A stretch of DNA of 64,000 nucleotides from Patescibacteria group bacterium (GTDB lineage: Bacteria; Patescibacteriota; UBA1384; XYA2-FULL-43-10; 1-14-0-10-43-13). The notes beneath the pieces are model-generated. The model was not told the origin of the DNA. It was given only the letters and a program-made list of their open reading frames with translations, and did no database searches. The stretch's first letter is position 1, and every line of letters starts with the position of its first letter. Location of the stretch: assembly GCA_041671645.1 (NCBI GenBank), contig JBAZBD010000001.1:543234-607233 (forward strand). Direction: 5' to 3'. The position numbers were made by a program, and so were the translations under genes. Positions 29,399 to 39,251 of the stretch are shown here, one piece after another.

Positions 29399-29821
29399 AT
29401 GAAAATGTTAATGTCAGCGCGCTTTGCGCGCAAAAGTTTCCTCTTTGCAGCCATTGGTTTCGTACTGTTTATACAGTGCGTCATCATCCTGCCAACAATG
29501 CCGGAATTAATTCCGGTAGCCTTCCCAGGCCTGATCATCAGCGCCGCCATAACTTTTCTCGGAATCTTAGGCATTATGCCGAGATTCTGTAAGAAGTCCG
29601 CCCTAGTGGGCGAATGGCTACGCCGATATGAAACTGGCCGAAAGGCCCGGACTGCTGCGCTCGTTCAGCGTATTACAGCCCGAAAGGCTCGGGAAGAAGA
29701 TTTCCGAAACGCAACTCTTGGCACATTGATCGCCAAGCTGCGCACCGCCGTCTTCTTCGCCTCAGTTAGACTGAGACGACTCAAATGGGCAAAGAATGCC
29801 CAATTGACCCTGCCCCTTTAG
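29399..29821 (+). CDS. Hypothetical basic membrane protein (2 TM)
   Basis: AGGAGG RBS, upstream promoter, downstream ACCCCCA..TGGGGGTTTT hairpin. Confidence 0.7.
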   Translation: MKMLMSARFARKSFLFAAIGFVLFIQCVIILPTMPELIPVAFPGLIISAAITFLGILGIMPRFCKKSALVGEWLRRYETGRKARTAALVQRITARKAREEDFRNATLGTLIAKLRTAVFFASVRLRRLKWAKNAQLTLPL

Positions 29822-29930
29822 GGGCACAACCGACCCCCATATTGAGACAAGCCCCCAAGCTTCCTCAAGTGGGGGTTTTGTCATTTGTCAGAGATAATTT
29901 GTGACAACTCCCAGGAGTTCTTCCCTCACC

Positions 29931-29971
29931 ACTTCGTATGATAATGGTCGATCGACGAGAAACATACGAAT
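29931..29971 (+). repeat. 41-bp palindromic direct repeat, copy 1
   Basis: ACTTCGTATGATAATGGTCGATCGACGAGAAACATACGAAT; 35/41 identical to 30661-30701. Confidence 0.9.
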
Positions 29972-30061
29972 ACATTATTTTACATTATGTTATAATATTT
30001 TATATACTTTCATGTCAGAAGGGTATGATTAATTGGATTACACGAAATAATTCCTTTGGGT

Positions 30062-30634
30062 ATGAGCAAACGCCAGATCAAACTCACGCGAACCGACAAA
30101 GTAATCAATTTTACTCTAGACTTTTTGAGTTATACTTTGAATTTTCTCGATACTATGTCTACGGCCATCCTTAGTCGCGAAGACGCCTATAAGATTTCAA
30201 GGCAGTTGTATAGCGGTGCGGATTTGGACAATTCTGACATCTCAAAATTTCTATATAGCTTACGGCGTAGCGGATATGTAGAGCAGAGTTCTCATGCCCA
30301 AAGTGGGTCATTGGTTATTACCAACAAGGCCAGATTGGCCGTTGTAGAAAAAGTAGCCTCCCTTATCCCGAATGATGATAAATTTCGTTTTGTGTCGTTC
30401 GATATCCCAGAAACAATGCGCCACAACCGAGATATGTTTCGACGAGTAATCAAGAGACTCGGACTCAAACAAATTCAAAAGAGCTTGTGGGTTTGCAAAA
30501 AAGACGTTGGTAAATATATCGAATTGGCGATGGACGAGTATGCCGTCAGCGAATATGTAATCTATATGGTCGTACTGTCGTCAAGTGCTGACGAGTTCAT
30601 CAACAATTTGCTAAAAGAAACTAAAGGGCAGTGA
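30062..30634 (+). CDS. PaaX-like wHTH plus Cas2-like (ferredoxin-fold) protein
   Basis: LYSLRRSGYV wHTH; FRFVSFDIPE..RDMFRRVIKRLGLKQIQKSLWV. Confidence 0.8.
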   Translation: MSKRQIKLTRTDKVINFTLDFLSYTLNFLDTMSTAILSREDAYKISRQLYSGADLDNSDISKFLYSLRRSGYVEQSSHAQSGSLVITNKARLAVVEKVASLIPNDDKFRFVSFDIPETMRHNRDMFRRVIKRLGLKQIQKSLWVCKKDVGKYIELAMDEYAVSEYVIYMVVLSSSADEFINNLLKETKGQ

Positions 30635-30660
30635 GAATTTTGCTTCCTAGATCTTGTTTT

Positions 30661-30701
30661 ACTTCGTATGAATATGGTCGATCGACGAGATTTGTACGAA
30701 T
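30661..30701 (+). repeat. 41-bp palindromic direct repeat, copy 2
   Basis: ACTTCGTATGAATATGGTCGATCGACGAGATTTGTACGAAT. Confidence 0.9.
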
Positions 30702-30733
30702 TAGTTTAGGAGATCAGAGACGTTATCGGATAG

Positions 30734-30852
30734 TTAAAAGTTCATCCTGATATGCGTTTCATTATAAATAGAGCTTCGTTCTGATGCGAGCCTCCTTATG
30801 ATTAGAGCATCATTACAGCTAGAGCATTATTCTGACTAGAGCTTCATTCTGA
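30734..30852. repeat. Seven degenerate tandem 17-bp units, consensus close to ntAGAGCtTCATTcTGA
   Basis: Units start at 30734, 30751, 30768, 30785, 30802, 30819 and 30836; the last unit is the 3' end of the U32 gene. Confidence 0.75.
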
Positions 30853-32071
30853 TGAGTGCGTCTGCGCAGACTGGCTTATCTAATGGAATTTCAACGATGT
30901 AGCCAGAGTGGGCTACTTCGAGAACTTCACCATCGCGAATTATTTGAGTAATCTTGGATTTAACAATACCTTCTGGTGCCAGAATCTCGATCTCGGCTCC
31001 TACTGGCAGGAAATTCTTGGCTTCAAATTTGAGAAGCTTGGCCTCTTTGTCGTAAGAGATAACTCGGCCGACATAGCCCCATTCGCTCTTGGTCTTGGCA
31101 CTAGCATAGTTGTTGGTATCTTTGTCGGGTTCGTTGTAATAAAAACCGGTCGTCAATCCCCTATTAGCCGCTTTGGACACATCTTCGAGTAGTTCAGCCT
31201 TGGCTGACTGATATTGAGCTGGATCGCTGAATAATAGATCTATGGCTTTACGATAAGCGCCGACGACGGTGGCGACATAATATTCTGATTTGAGTCTACC
31301 CTCGATCTTGAGTGAGATCACGCCTGATTTCACAATGTCATCGAGATGGTCGATCATGCAAAGATCCTTGGAATTCAAGATGTGAGTCCCCTCTTCATCT
31401 TCGTAAATTGGGAAAAGCTCGCCTGGGCGATACTCCTCTTCGAGCGCATACATTTTGTATTTAAATCTACAGGCTTGGATACAAGCGCCTTTGTTGGGGT
31501 CTCTTCCAGCAAAATAGTTGGAAATCTGGCAACGGCCAGAATGTGCCATACACATCGCGCCGTGGACGAATGTCTCAATCTGCAGATTTGGCACCGTTTT
31601 GTGTATGAGGGCGATATCCTTGAGACTTAATTCTCTAGCTAAGACTAAGCGTTCTATCCCCTGATCTGCCCAAAACTGAGCTGAGAGCTGGTTGGTCGTA
31701 TTAGCTTGGGTAGAGAGATGGACTGGAATATCGAAGTTATCGAGTACAAACTTCATCACGCCTGGATCGGCGACAATGAAGGCGTCAGGCTTGAGTTCTG
31801 CAATTTTGGCGACATGCTCCCCTAGCTTCTCAATTTCGGTCGAATGTGGGAAGGAGTTGAGCGTGACATAGACTTTCTTGTTGAGCGAATGAGCGTATTC
31901 GATTCCCTCGCCCAATGATTTTATATCAAATCCAACCCTGGAGCGCATCGCAAAAGCGGGCGTACCGCAATAAACTGCGTCAGCGCCGTACATGAAGGCA
32001 ATTTTGAGTATATCTAGTGTTCCTGCTGGAGCGAGAAGCTCTGGCTTTCCTGTATTGATTTTCATAGACAT
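30836..32071 (-). CDS. U32 family protein (TrhP-like tRNA hydroxylation)
   Basis: PELLAPAG..GADAVY..HLSTQAN..HGAMCMAHSGRC..GACIQACR..SLKIEGR. Confidence 0.9.
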   Translation of the reverse strand: MSMKINTGKPELLAPAGTLDILKIAFMYGADAVYCGTPAFAMRSRVGFDIKSLGEGIEYAHSLNKKVYVTLNSFPHSTEIEKLGEHVAKIAELKPDAFIVADPGVMKFVLDNFDIPVHLSTQANTTNQLSAQFWADQGIERLVLARELSLKDIALIHKTVPNLQIETFVHGAMCMAHSGRCQISNYFAGRDPNKGACIQACRFKYKMYALEEEYRPGELFPIYEDEEGTHILNSKDLCMIDHLDDIVKSGVISLKIEGRLKSEYYVATVVGAYRKAIDLLFSDPAQYQSAKAELLEDVSKAANRGLTTGFYYNEPDKDTNNYASAKTKSEWGYVGRVISYDKEAKLLKFEAKNFLPVGAEIEILAPEGIVKSKITQIIRDGEVLEVAHSGYIVEIPLDKPVCADALIRMKL

Positions 32072-32117
32072 TACAGTATCACAAAATCGCTGGTTTGGCG
32101 AGATTGTGATGAGAACT

Positions 32118-32951
32118 CTATCCCGATTTGAGACGGTCTAGAAGCATGAGAAACATAAATTTGGGGAGGGCCATTTGACGGAATAATCGTTTGGGTTCGA
32201 TGATCAAGCGGAAAAGCCACTCGAGTCCAGCATGTTGCATCCAGCTCGGCGCACGCGGTACGACTCTGGCCACAAAATCAAAAGTTCCGCCCAATCCTAT
32301 TCCGATCTTGGCGCCAGTCGCCTTCAGATTCTCAACAAGCCATTCTTCCTGGAGAGGTGCACCTAGGCAAACAAGAAGAATTTCTGATCGAGATTTCTTG
32401 ACTGCCTCAACGACTTCATCTGATTTGGAAAGGTCGCCCGACATCATGCCGCCGATTCTGAGGCCTAGGATTTCTGTTTGGAGACGCAGGGCGGCTTGCT
32501 CGGCAACGGTAGGCCCACCACCAAAGAGGAATAGCTTGTATCTTTTCACTGCCGCTAAGCGAGACAGGTCCCAGATGAAGTCCGAGCCAGAAAGTTTAGA
32601 TTTGATCGGATAATGATAGGCCCTGGTCGCAAGAGGTAGTATTAGAATCGAGAAAATCCATTCCAACAGAACGATGATTTGGCGGAGTCCAGGAGTTTTT
32701 GGCGCCCATAGTGTCTGGAAACGACCAGCCCAGAGCAGGCCGTAGCTATCGGGCAAATTGAGCGCTGATTTGTCGTTGAGCATTTCGCGGAAATGGTCAT
32801 CTCCCTGAGCTTTGATAATCATCTCTGTGTTTGGAGTTGCGATGAAGGCGGCTCGTGAGCGGCCGATAATTTCCTCAACCGAAGAGAGGGCCTCTTCCTT
32901 GGTCAGAGAATCAATTTTGATACCCAAAATTTTGGTAATATCGCGTTTCAT
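32118..32951 (-). CDS. WecB/TagA/CpsF glycosyltransferase
   Basis: TPNTE, LGAPLQE, GLGGTFDF, RAPSWMQ..GLEWLFRL. Confidence 0.93.
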   Translation of the reverse strand: MKRDITKILGIKIDSLTKEEALSSVEEIIGRSRAAFIATPNTEMIIKAQGDDHFREMLNDKSALNLPDSYGLLWAGRFQTLWAPKTPGLRQIIVLLEWIFSILILPLATRAYHYPIKSKLSGSDFIWDLSRLAAVKRYKLFLFGGGPTVAEQAALRLQTEILGLRIGGMMSGDLSKSDEVVEAVKKSRSEILLVCLGAPLQEEWLVENLKATGAKIGIGLGGTFDFVARVVPRAPSWMQHAGLEWLFRLIIEPKRLFRQMALPKFMFLMLLDRLKSG

Positions 32952-34078
32952 TTCTTGTTTGATTCTATATATTTCTTGTATTCTGATACTACCTTATCGC
33001 TAATCATCTTTTTGAACTCTTCTTTGCTAAATTTCTCGGCTTGAGAACGACAACCCTCTGGCGTAAAGTCCGAGTAGTCTTGTTCAAGGCTTTGAATTGC
33101 AGAGTTGAGCGATTCTATAGTTTGCTCTTCGAAAAATATACCGGTCTTGCTAGGGATGATTGTTTCGAGCGTTCCGCCCTTCTTGTAAGCAATGACAGGT
33201 CTGCCGGCGGCCATTGATTCTACTGGTGTGATGCCAAAATCGTCTTCGCCAGGGAAGATGAAGGCTTTGGCGCGAGCGAAATAGTCGTATAGCTCCTGGC
33301 CGTATTTCGGACCGACAAATTGAACGTTTTTCTTCGCAATCGATGATAAATATTCGAATTGTGACCCCTCTCCGACGACGATTAATTGTCTGCCAGATTG
33401 GTTGAAGGCTTCGACAGCAAGATCAATCTTCTTGTAAGGCTCAAGCCGTGAGGCGATCAGGTAAAAATCTTCGGGAGCTTCGCCGTTTGGCTTGATTTCC
33501 TCGACGCTAACTGGAGGATATATCACAGACGAGTCTTGGCGGTAGTATTTCCGAATTCTTTGTTTCACATTGTCAGAGTTTGCTATCCAAGAGTCAACGC
33601 GCTCCGAGGAAGCTCGATCCCAGATCCTGATATTGTGAATTAGTATTCTAGCGATCAAACCCTTGAGTCCATGATCAACACCGCTTTCTTTCAGATATTC
33701 ATGGCACCAATCCCAGGCATATCGCATCGGAGTGTGGCAATAGCAAATATGGAAAGTGTCAGGCTTCGTAATCGCGCCGTGAGCGAAGGAATCATTGGAT
33801 GATATGACGACGTCATACTCTGACAAATCAAATTCCTCAATCGCTTTCGGGAAGCTTGGCAAGAGAAATTTGAGGCGATTGCGCAAAAAGGCAGGTTTTT
33901 TCTGCAAGGAGCTTGGGATTATTTTGCGATTTTTGAATTTGCCGAGTGTCCCCTCTTCATCATAGAGCAAACAGAAAATCGGAGCTTCTGGATAAAGTTC
34001 GCTGATTGAAAGAAGGACTTGTTGGGCACCACCAAACTTGGTCAGGAAATCACAAACTATGGCAACTTTTGGTTTCAT
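32948..34078 (-). CDS. Glycosyltransferase family 4
   Basis: YCHTPMRYAW, SRLEPYKK, DDFGITPVESMAAG. Confidence 0.93.
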   Translation of the reverse strand: MKPKVAIVCDFLTKFGGAQQVLLSISELYPEAPIFCLLYDEEGTLGKFKNRKIIPSSLQKKPAFLRNRLKFLLPSFPKAIEEFDLSEYDVVISSNDSFAHGAITKPDTFHICYCHTPMRYAWDWCHEYLKESGVDHGLKGLIARILIHNIRIWDRASSERVDSWIANSDNVKQRIRKYYRQDSSVIYPPVSVEEIKPNGEAPEDFYLIASRLEPYKKIDLAVEAFNQSGRQLIVVGEGSQFEYLSSIAKKNVQFVGPKYGQELYDYFARAKAFIFPGEDDFGITPVESMAAGRPVIAYKKGGTLETIIPSKTGIFFEEQTIESLNSAIQSLEQDYSDFTPEGCRSQAEKFSKEEFKKMISDKVVSEYKKYIESNKK

Positions 34079-35163
34079 AAGCTTTCCAATTCGTTTAAAA
34101 ATTCTTTGGCTGTCTTCTCCCATGAAAAATCCTTGGCCCGCTCCAGAGCTAGCCCCTGGTAGTGCTTCTTCGTCTCGGGATGCTGGATCAGATAATTAAT
34201 CCCTTCTGCTATGTCGTCAACATCGAGCGGATTGACATAGACAGCAGCCTCACCAGCGACCTCAGGAAGGGACGAAGACTTGGCCGCCACAACTGCCGCT
34301 CCGCAGGCCATCGCCTCGAGAACTGGTAGCCCAAATCCTTCATAAAGAGTTGGGAAGACGACGAAATCAGCCTTAGCGATCAAATCAGGCATTTGAGCAT
34401 GTGAAATGTGCCCAGGCATGATAATTTCATTTATATATTTGCGGTCTGAGACGATCGCTTGGTATATCTTGGAATAGTTGTAGCCAGGAGAGCCAGCCAA
34501 TACCAGCTTTTGAGGGATATTTGACTCGGCTTTGACCTTCAAAAACGCCTCAACTAGTCGTTTGACATTTTTTCTTTCCTCAAGCCTGCCAGCGAAAAGA
34601 ATATAGGGGCCGTCTGTTTTGAGGACGTCCTTGGGCTTTTCAATCGAGTGAAAGACTTCTGGGTCGTACCCTAGGTGGATTACCTTGATTTTGCTTTTTG
34701 ATTCGGGATAAAAATCAAGCACGTCCGTCTTGGTCGATTCGCTAACGCAGATTATCTTCTTCGCCTTGGCATTAACGTTTGACAATACCCCGTTCTGTCT
34801 TCTGTTTTCTAATCCGCTATAAGCCTCTGGAAAGTATTTGTAGGCCAAATCGTGGATTACGCCGATAGTCTTCTCTGGGGCAAACATTGGGATCCCATCG
34901 AGTGGTTGGAGATAAACGTCCGGTTTATTTTGACGCAAGAGCAATGGAAGAACGATCTTGTTCCACGGCCGAGAGAATTTCGATTTTATCTGAACGACAT
35001 TTTTATGCTTGATGATTTGATCTGGCAGATCATTGGCCGCGAAAAGGTAATAAGTATTTTGAGCGTCGATTTTGAGCAAATTCAAAATGAGTTCGAAAAC
35101 AAAGTTTTCAATTCCAGTTCGATTCTTGGCCGTTGCCTTGTTTGCGTCGATTCCAATAATCAT
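34075..35163 (-). CDS. Glycosyltransferase family 4
   Basis: IHDL, GRLEERKN, YEGFGLPVLEAMACG. Confidence 0.93.
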   Translation of the reverse strand: MIIGIDANKATAKNRTGIENFVFELILNLLKIDAQNTYYLFAANDLPDQIIKHKNVVQIKSKFSRPWNKIVLPLLLRQNKPDVYLQPLDGIPMFAPEKTIGVIHDLAYKYFPEAYSGLENRRQNGVLSNVNAKAKKIICVSESTKTDVLDFYPESKSKIKVIHLGYDPEVFHSIEKPKDVLKTDGPYILFAGRLEERKNVKRLVEAFLKVKAESNIPQKLVLAGSPGYNYSKIYQAIVSDRKYINEIIMPGHISHAQMPDLIAKADFVVFPTLYEGFGLPVLEAMACGAAVVAAKSSSLPEVAGEAAVYVNPLDVDDIAEGINYLIQHPETKKHYQGLALERAKDFSWEKTAKEFLNELESL

Positions 35164-35174
35164 ATTAGTGAAAA

Positions 35175-36182
35175 TTAATTCTTAGACCACAGTACCGAAC
35201 GCTTGAACGCCTCTAGGTTTTCCAGAGCGATGCCGGAGCCCTTGACCACACATTCGGTCGGATTATTCGCTATCTCGCAAGGAACACCTGTAACCTTGGT
35301 AAGTAGCGTGTCCAAACTTCGAAGTTGTGCTCCCCCACCGGTTAGGATAATGCCTTTGTCCATCACGTCTGAGGCAAGTTCCGGCGGAGTTTTTTGAAGT
35401 ACATCCTTCACCGCGTTAATAATCTCGAGCAATGGCGCCTTGACGGCAGAAACCGTTTCTTCATATGAAATAATTATACTCTCAGGTAGGCCAGAAATGG
35501 TATTGGAGCCAGAAACTTCCATTTTCAGCTCTTTTTTTAAGGTTTGGGCAGAACCAATTCTGATCTTGATCTCTTCGGCTGTCTGATCGCCGATAATCAA
35601 ATTGTGTTTTTTGCGAATGTAATTCGCGATTGCCGCGTCGAACTTATTGCCACCGACCCGTACAGAGGTCGAAGCGACGACATCGCCAAGTGAAATAACA
35701 GCAACTTCGCTCGTGCCACCGCCGATATCGATGATCATGCTACCTGATGGGGTTGCGATAGGAATACCAGCGCCTAAAGCGGCGGCGACTGGTTGCTTGA
35801 TCAGGAATGTTTGTTTGGCGCCAGCCTGATTGCAAGCGTCGATCACCGCTCTCCGCTCAGTAGAGGTCACGCCTGCCGGGATAGAGACCATGATGTCAGG
35901 CTTGAAAAGGCGGATTGAACCGCTAACCTTGTTGATAAAATATCGAAGCATCGCCTCAGCAATTCGAAAATTTGCAATTACTCCGTCGCGTAGAGGTGAA
36001 GCGGCGATGATACTTTCGGGCGTACGACCAATCATCTTCTTGGCCTCTTCACCGATTGCCATTATCTTGTTGTCAGCAGCCTGGAGAGCGACAACGCTGG
36101 GCTCACTGATAATAATCCCCTTCTTGGGAATGTAAACGCGAATATTGTTCGTGCCCAAGTCTATTGCAATTTTTCTAATCAT
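35175..36182 (-). CDS. mreB: Rod shape-determining protein MreB
   Basis: IAIDLGT, PLRDGVI, DIGGGT, LTGGGA. Confidence 0.95.
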   Translation of the reverse strand: MIRKIAIDLGTNNIRVYIPKKGIIISEPSVVALQAADNKIMAIGEEAKKMIGRTPESIIAASPLRDGVIANFRIAEAMLRYFINKVSGSIRLFKPDIMVSIPAGVTSTERRAVIDACNQAGAKQTFLIKQPVAAALGAGIPIATPSGSMIIDIGGGTSEVAVISLGDVVASTSVRVGGNKFDAAIANYIRKKHNLIIGDQTAEEIKIRIGSAQTLKKELKMEVSGSNTISGLPESIIISYEETVSAVKAPLLEIINAVKDVLQKTPPELASDVMDKGIILTGGGAQLRSLDTLLTKVTGVPCEIANNPTECVVKGSGIALENLEAFKRSVLWSKN

Positions 36183-37458
36183 TGTCCTCTTCAATCACCG
36201 AAATACGTTCGATATCCGCCCCAACCGTTCTTAGTTTCTGATCGATCATTTCATAACCGCGGTCGATATATTCGATGTCTTCGATTACAGTCTTTCCTTC
36301 CGCCGCCAGTGCCGCCGCGACAAGAGAGGCACCGCCTCTGATATCTTTGCTTGAGATTCTAGCGCCCACAAGCTTGTTTGGCCCATCTACTACAAATTCA
36401 TGCGGATTCAGTATCAAAGTTTTGCCACGAAGCAGTTGAAGCTCCTCAACTGAAGCAAAGCGACCCTCATAGATAGTTTCAAAAATTCGAGATCTGCCCT
36501 CGGCCTGTGTCATCAAAACCGCGTAAAAGGACTGGAGATCGGTTGGGAACCCTGGGTATGTCCGCGTATCAATATCCTGAGCGATTAATTTGCCATGCTT
36601 TTCAGTTTGAATATATGACTTCCCCTCACGAGTGATGATCTTAAATTTTGCCCCGACATCTTTGAGCTTTTTGAAAACTAGACTTAATGTATCGGGCGCA
36701 ATCGGTCCGATTGTCAACTCTGAGTTGGTCAAAATTGCGATTATCAAATATGTGCCTGCCTCAATCCGATCTGGGATAATATCGTATGGTACGCCGTGCA
36801 AGGAGCTTACACCTTCAATTGTGATATCGTGGGTGCCGGCACCAGTGATTTTGGCGCCCATCTTGTTGAGATAATTAGCCAAGTCAGCGATTTCTGGCTC
36901 TGCTGCGGCAACGTGAATACGCGTTGTGCCTTTTGACAAAACTGTGGCCAAAATGGCATTTTCGGTTGCCGTGACGCTCATCTTGCCCAAAACAACTTCG
37001 CCAGCCTTTGGCTTGCCCTTCAAGTAGTATCTTCCAGCACTGTACTTGACCGAAACACCAAGCTGACGAAAGACATCGAGATGATCGTCAATCGGTCTAG
37101 CACCGATCAAGCAGCCACCTGGCTGGCTAATAACTGCATTCCCGTACTTGGCCAATAATGCTCCGACCAAAACGATGGAGCCCCGAAGTTTCTTGATTAG
37201 ATTCTCATCAGGATGGCTTGAATTCATTTTCTTCGGATCAATGTCAACTACACCCTTTGAAAAATTGATTTCAACGCCAATGCTACGCAAAATCTCAATC
37301 ATCTTGTCGATGTCGATAATCTTGGGGACATTGGATATTTGCGATGGTGAATCAGCCAAAATAGCGGCTGGCAGGATCTTCAGCGCAGAATTTTTGGCAC
37401 CTCCGATTTTAATCGAACCGCTAAGTTGATTGCCGCTCTTTATAATGAAATAGGCCAT
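36175..37458 (-). CDS. murA: UDP-N-acetylglucosamine enolpyruvyl transferase
   Basis: GAKNS, PGGCLIGARP, PDRIEAGT, YPGFPTDLQ, IDRGYE. Confidence 0.97.
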   Translation of the reverse strand: MAYFIIKSGNQLSGSIKIGGAKNSALKILPAAILADSPSQISNVPKIIDIDKMIEILRSIGVEINFSKGVVDIDPKKMNSSHPDENLIKKLRGSIVLVGALLAKYGNAVISQPGGCLIGARPIDDHLDVFRQLGVSVKYSAGRYYLKGKPKAGEVVLGKMSVTATENAILATVLSKGTTRIHVAAAEPEIADLANYLNKMGAKITGAGTHDITIEGVSSLHGVPYDIIPDRIEAGTYLIIAILTNSELTIGPIAPDTLSLVFKKLKDVGAKFKIITREGKSYIQTEKHGKLIAQDIDTRTYPGFPTDLQSFYAVLMTQAEGRSRIFETIYEGRFASVEELQLLRGKTLILNPHEFVVDGPNKLVGARISSKDIRGGASLVAAALAAEGKTVIEDIEYIDRGYEMIDQKLRTVGADIERISVIEEDND

Positions 37459-37535
37459 TTGTTTCCTTAATTAATTCTAGCTTCCACTGCTATTTTATGG
37501 TAAAATCGTCTAAGATTCAATATTAAAATATTTTT

Positions 37536-38273
37536 ATGACTACAACAGAACATTTGGTCGCGAATAACAGACGCACAAGAGATCTCCCGAAAATTATCTT
37601 TGGTCAGACCGCATTTGCCCTTTTAATCACATTCGTGGCTCTCTCGATCGCGTTTTACGCTCAGGGTTATCGTTATGATTTCAAAAATCTTAAGTTGATC
37701 AATACTGGAGTCCTTGTTCTGGAATACCAGCCACGCGACTCTATGGTTTATATAAATGACAAGCAGATCAGCGCTATAAGCGGCAATATCGCCAAGAATT
37801 ATCGACCCGGAATGTATAGCATCAGGGTATCAAAGGCAAATTACACTTCATATGAGCAGGAAACCAAGGTATCTCCGCGATCTGTCACGATTTTCGATAA
37901 AGTGACACTCTTTTTGACCAATCCTGTCATCTCTCCGCTTTCCGATCAAAGCAAGCTTAATCTCCTGTCTGCCCCTTCTGAGGATTTGACAAATTCAAAC
38001 GTTCTGTCGCACAGCAAATACGAAATTTGGAGTGGCGATCGACTTATAACCCGGTTTGCCGCCCCGATTGATAAAGCCATATGGTACACCGATCTCCGCC
38101 ACATAGTTTACAAGCAAGGTGACGAGATCCGAGTCATCGGTGACGACGGCAAAAACGATACGCTATTAATCAAGCTCACAAGTAGCACAAACATCAAATT
38201 CGTGATCAGCAGCCGCGGCGATGAAATCTACTACCAAGAATCTGGCAAGAATTACCAGGCAATTATCAAGTAG
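37536..38273 (+). CDS. PEGA-domain membrane-anchored protein
   Basis: TM-YAQGYRYD..TGVL..PGMYSIRVSKANY. Confidence 0.75.
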   Translation: MTTTEHLVANNRRTRDLPKIIFGQTAFALLITFVALSIAFYAQGYRYDFKNLKLINTGVLVLEYQPRDSMVYINDKQISAISGNIAKNYRPGMYSIRVSKANYTSYEQETKVSPRSVTIFDKVTLFLTNPVISPLSDQSKLNLLSAPSEDLTNSNVLSHSKYEIWSGDRLITRFAAPIDKAIWYTDLRHIVYKQGDEIRVIGDDGKNDTLLIKLTSSTNIKFVISSRGDEIYYQESGKNYQAIIK

Positions 38274-38284
38274 TTCTATAGTTT

Positions 38285-39064
38285 TTATCTGGCCCCAGGC
38301 AATGTACTAAAACTGGGCTTATTCGCGGGGGCAATATTATTTTCTGGCGAAGGACTACTTTGGCTAGCTGTCACTACCATTCGTTTGTAGGAAGTGCCAA
38401 CTGGCCAACAAGTAACCAAAGTCAGCCTCGAATCTTCGGTCTGAGACAAAACGGAAAGGTCATTGGCTGTAACTACTTTTTGGTCCAGTGTTTTGTATGT
38501 AAATACGGTGTCGTTGTATTTGATATAGATCAAATCGCCAGGCAATAATTTGTCTATGATTGCAAATATAGAATTGTAGTTACCCTTGGCCCAAACATAG
38601 TTGGACGAGTGACCCGTAACGTAAATATTCCCCTTTTCTCCAGGCAAGCTAGTGCCGTCAAGCTGGATCACGCCATTAGCCAGTCCTTTGGCAACAAGAG
38701 CAGGGGTATTTTCAACACGCCAGCTGATGGGGGCTTCGATCGACAGAGCGGGGATCCTTATTGTATTATTCGCCATATCAGGCATAACGTCCGTTGGCGC
38801 AATATCCTCGGTCTTAATAATTCCTACTCCAGGCTGATCGACAATAACTTCAGCTGTTTTGATGTCGTTCAGATACCAGAAGGCAACTTTGTCCTTGATC
38901 GCTGGAAAGTTTATGACAGTATACCCGGCTAAAATCAAAGCAAATACAAATAGAGCTTTACCCGCAAACAGGGCCAGGCTCACAATCAAATCGGCTTTTT
39001 TGCGTTTTGCGCCTGCGAAAAGTCTGACTAGATCTTCTTCGGATAAATTTATTTCTTTTTTCAT
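38285..39064 (-). CDS. Sortase
   Basis: PGEKGNIYVTGHS..LTLVTCWP..R catalytic triad; N-terminal TM. Confidence 0.92.
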   Translation of the reverse strand: MKKEINLSEEDLVRLFAGAKRKKADLIVSLALFAGKALFVFALILAGYTVINFPAIKDKVAFWYLNDIKTAEVIVDQPGVGIIKTEDIAPTDVMPDMANNTIRIPALSIEAPISWRVENTPALVAKGLANGVIQLDGTSLPGEKGNIYVTGHSSNYVWAKGNYNSIFAIIDKLLPGDLIYIKYNDTVFTYKTLDQKVVTANDLSVLSQTEDSRLTLVTCWPVGTSYKRMVVTASQSSPSPENNIAPANKPSFSTLPGAR

Positions 39065-39142
39065 CTTTCCTATTATACCAGAGCGATTCGATTTGATAAG
39101 TCTATAAAAAATAATTGCCCGATTCGAGAATCAAGCAATTAT

Positions 39143-39228
39143 TGGTGCCGATGGTGGGAATCGAACCCACATGGCTTGTGACCACACGATTTTGAGTCGT
39201 GCGCGTATACCAGTTCCGCCACATCGGC
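39143..39228 (-). tRNA. tRNA-Leu(CAA)
   Basis: GCCGATG..CACGA-CTCAAAA-TCGTG..long variable arm..GTTCGATTC..CATCGGC-ACCA. Confidence 0.97.
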
Positions 39229-39251
39229 ATGGGAAGATAATAGCAAAATAT

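Noticed and set aside
29931-29971. loxP-like site (ACTTCGTAT..TACGAA)
   Set aside because: The arms are separated by far more than the 8-bp lox spacer and no tyrosine recombinase gene is in the window.
29931-30852. CRISPR array next to a Cas2-like gene
   Set aside because: Only two 41-bp repeats 730 bp apart; the 17-mer array has no spacers; no cas1 or effector genes.
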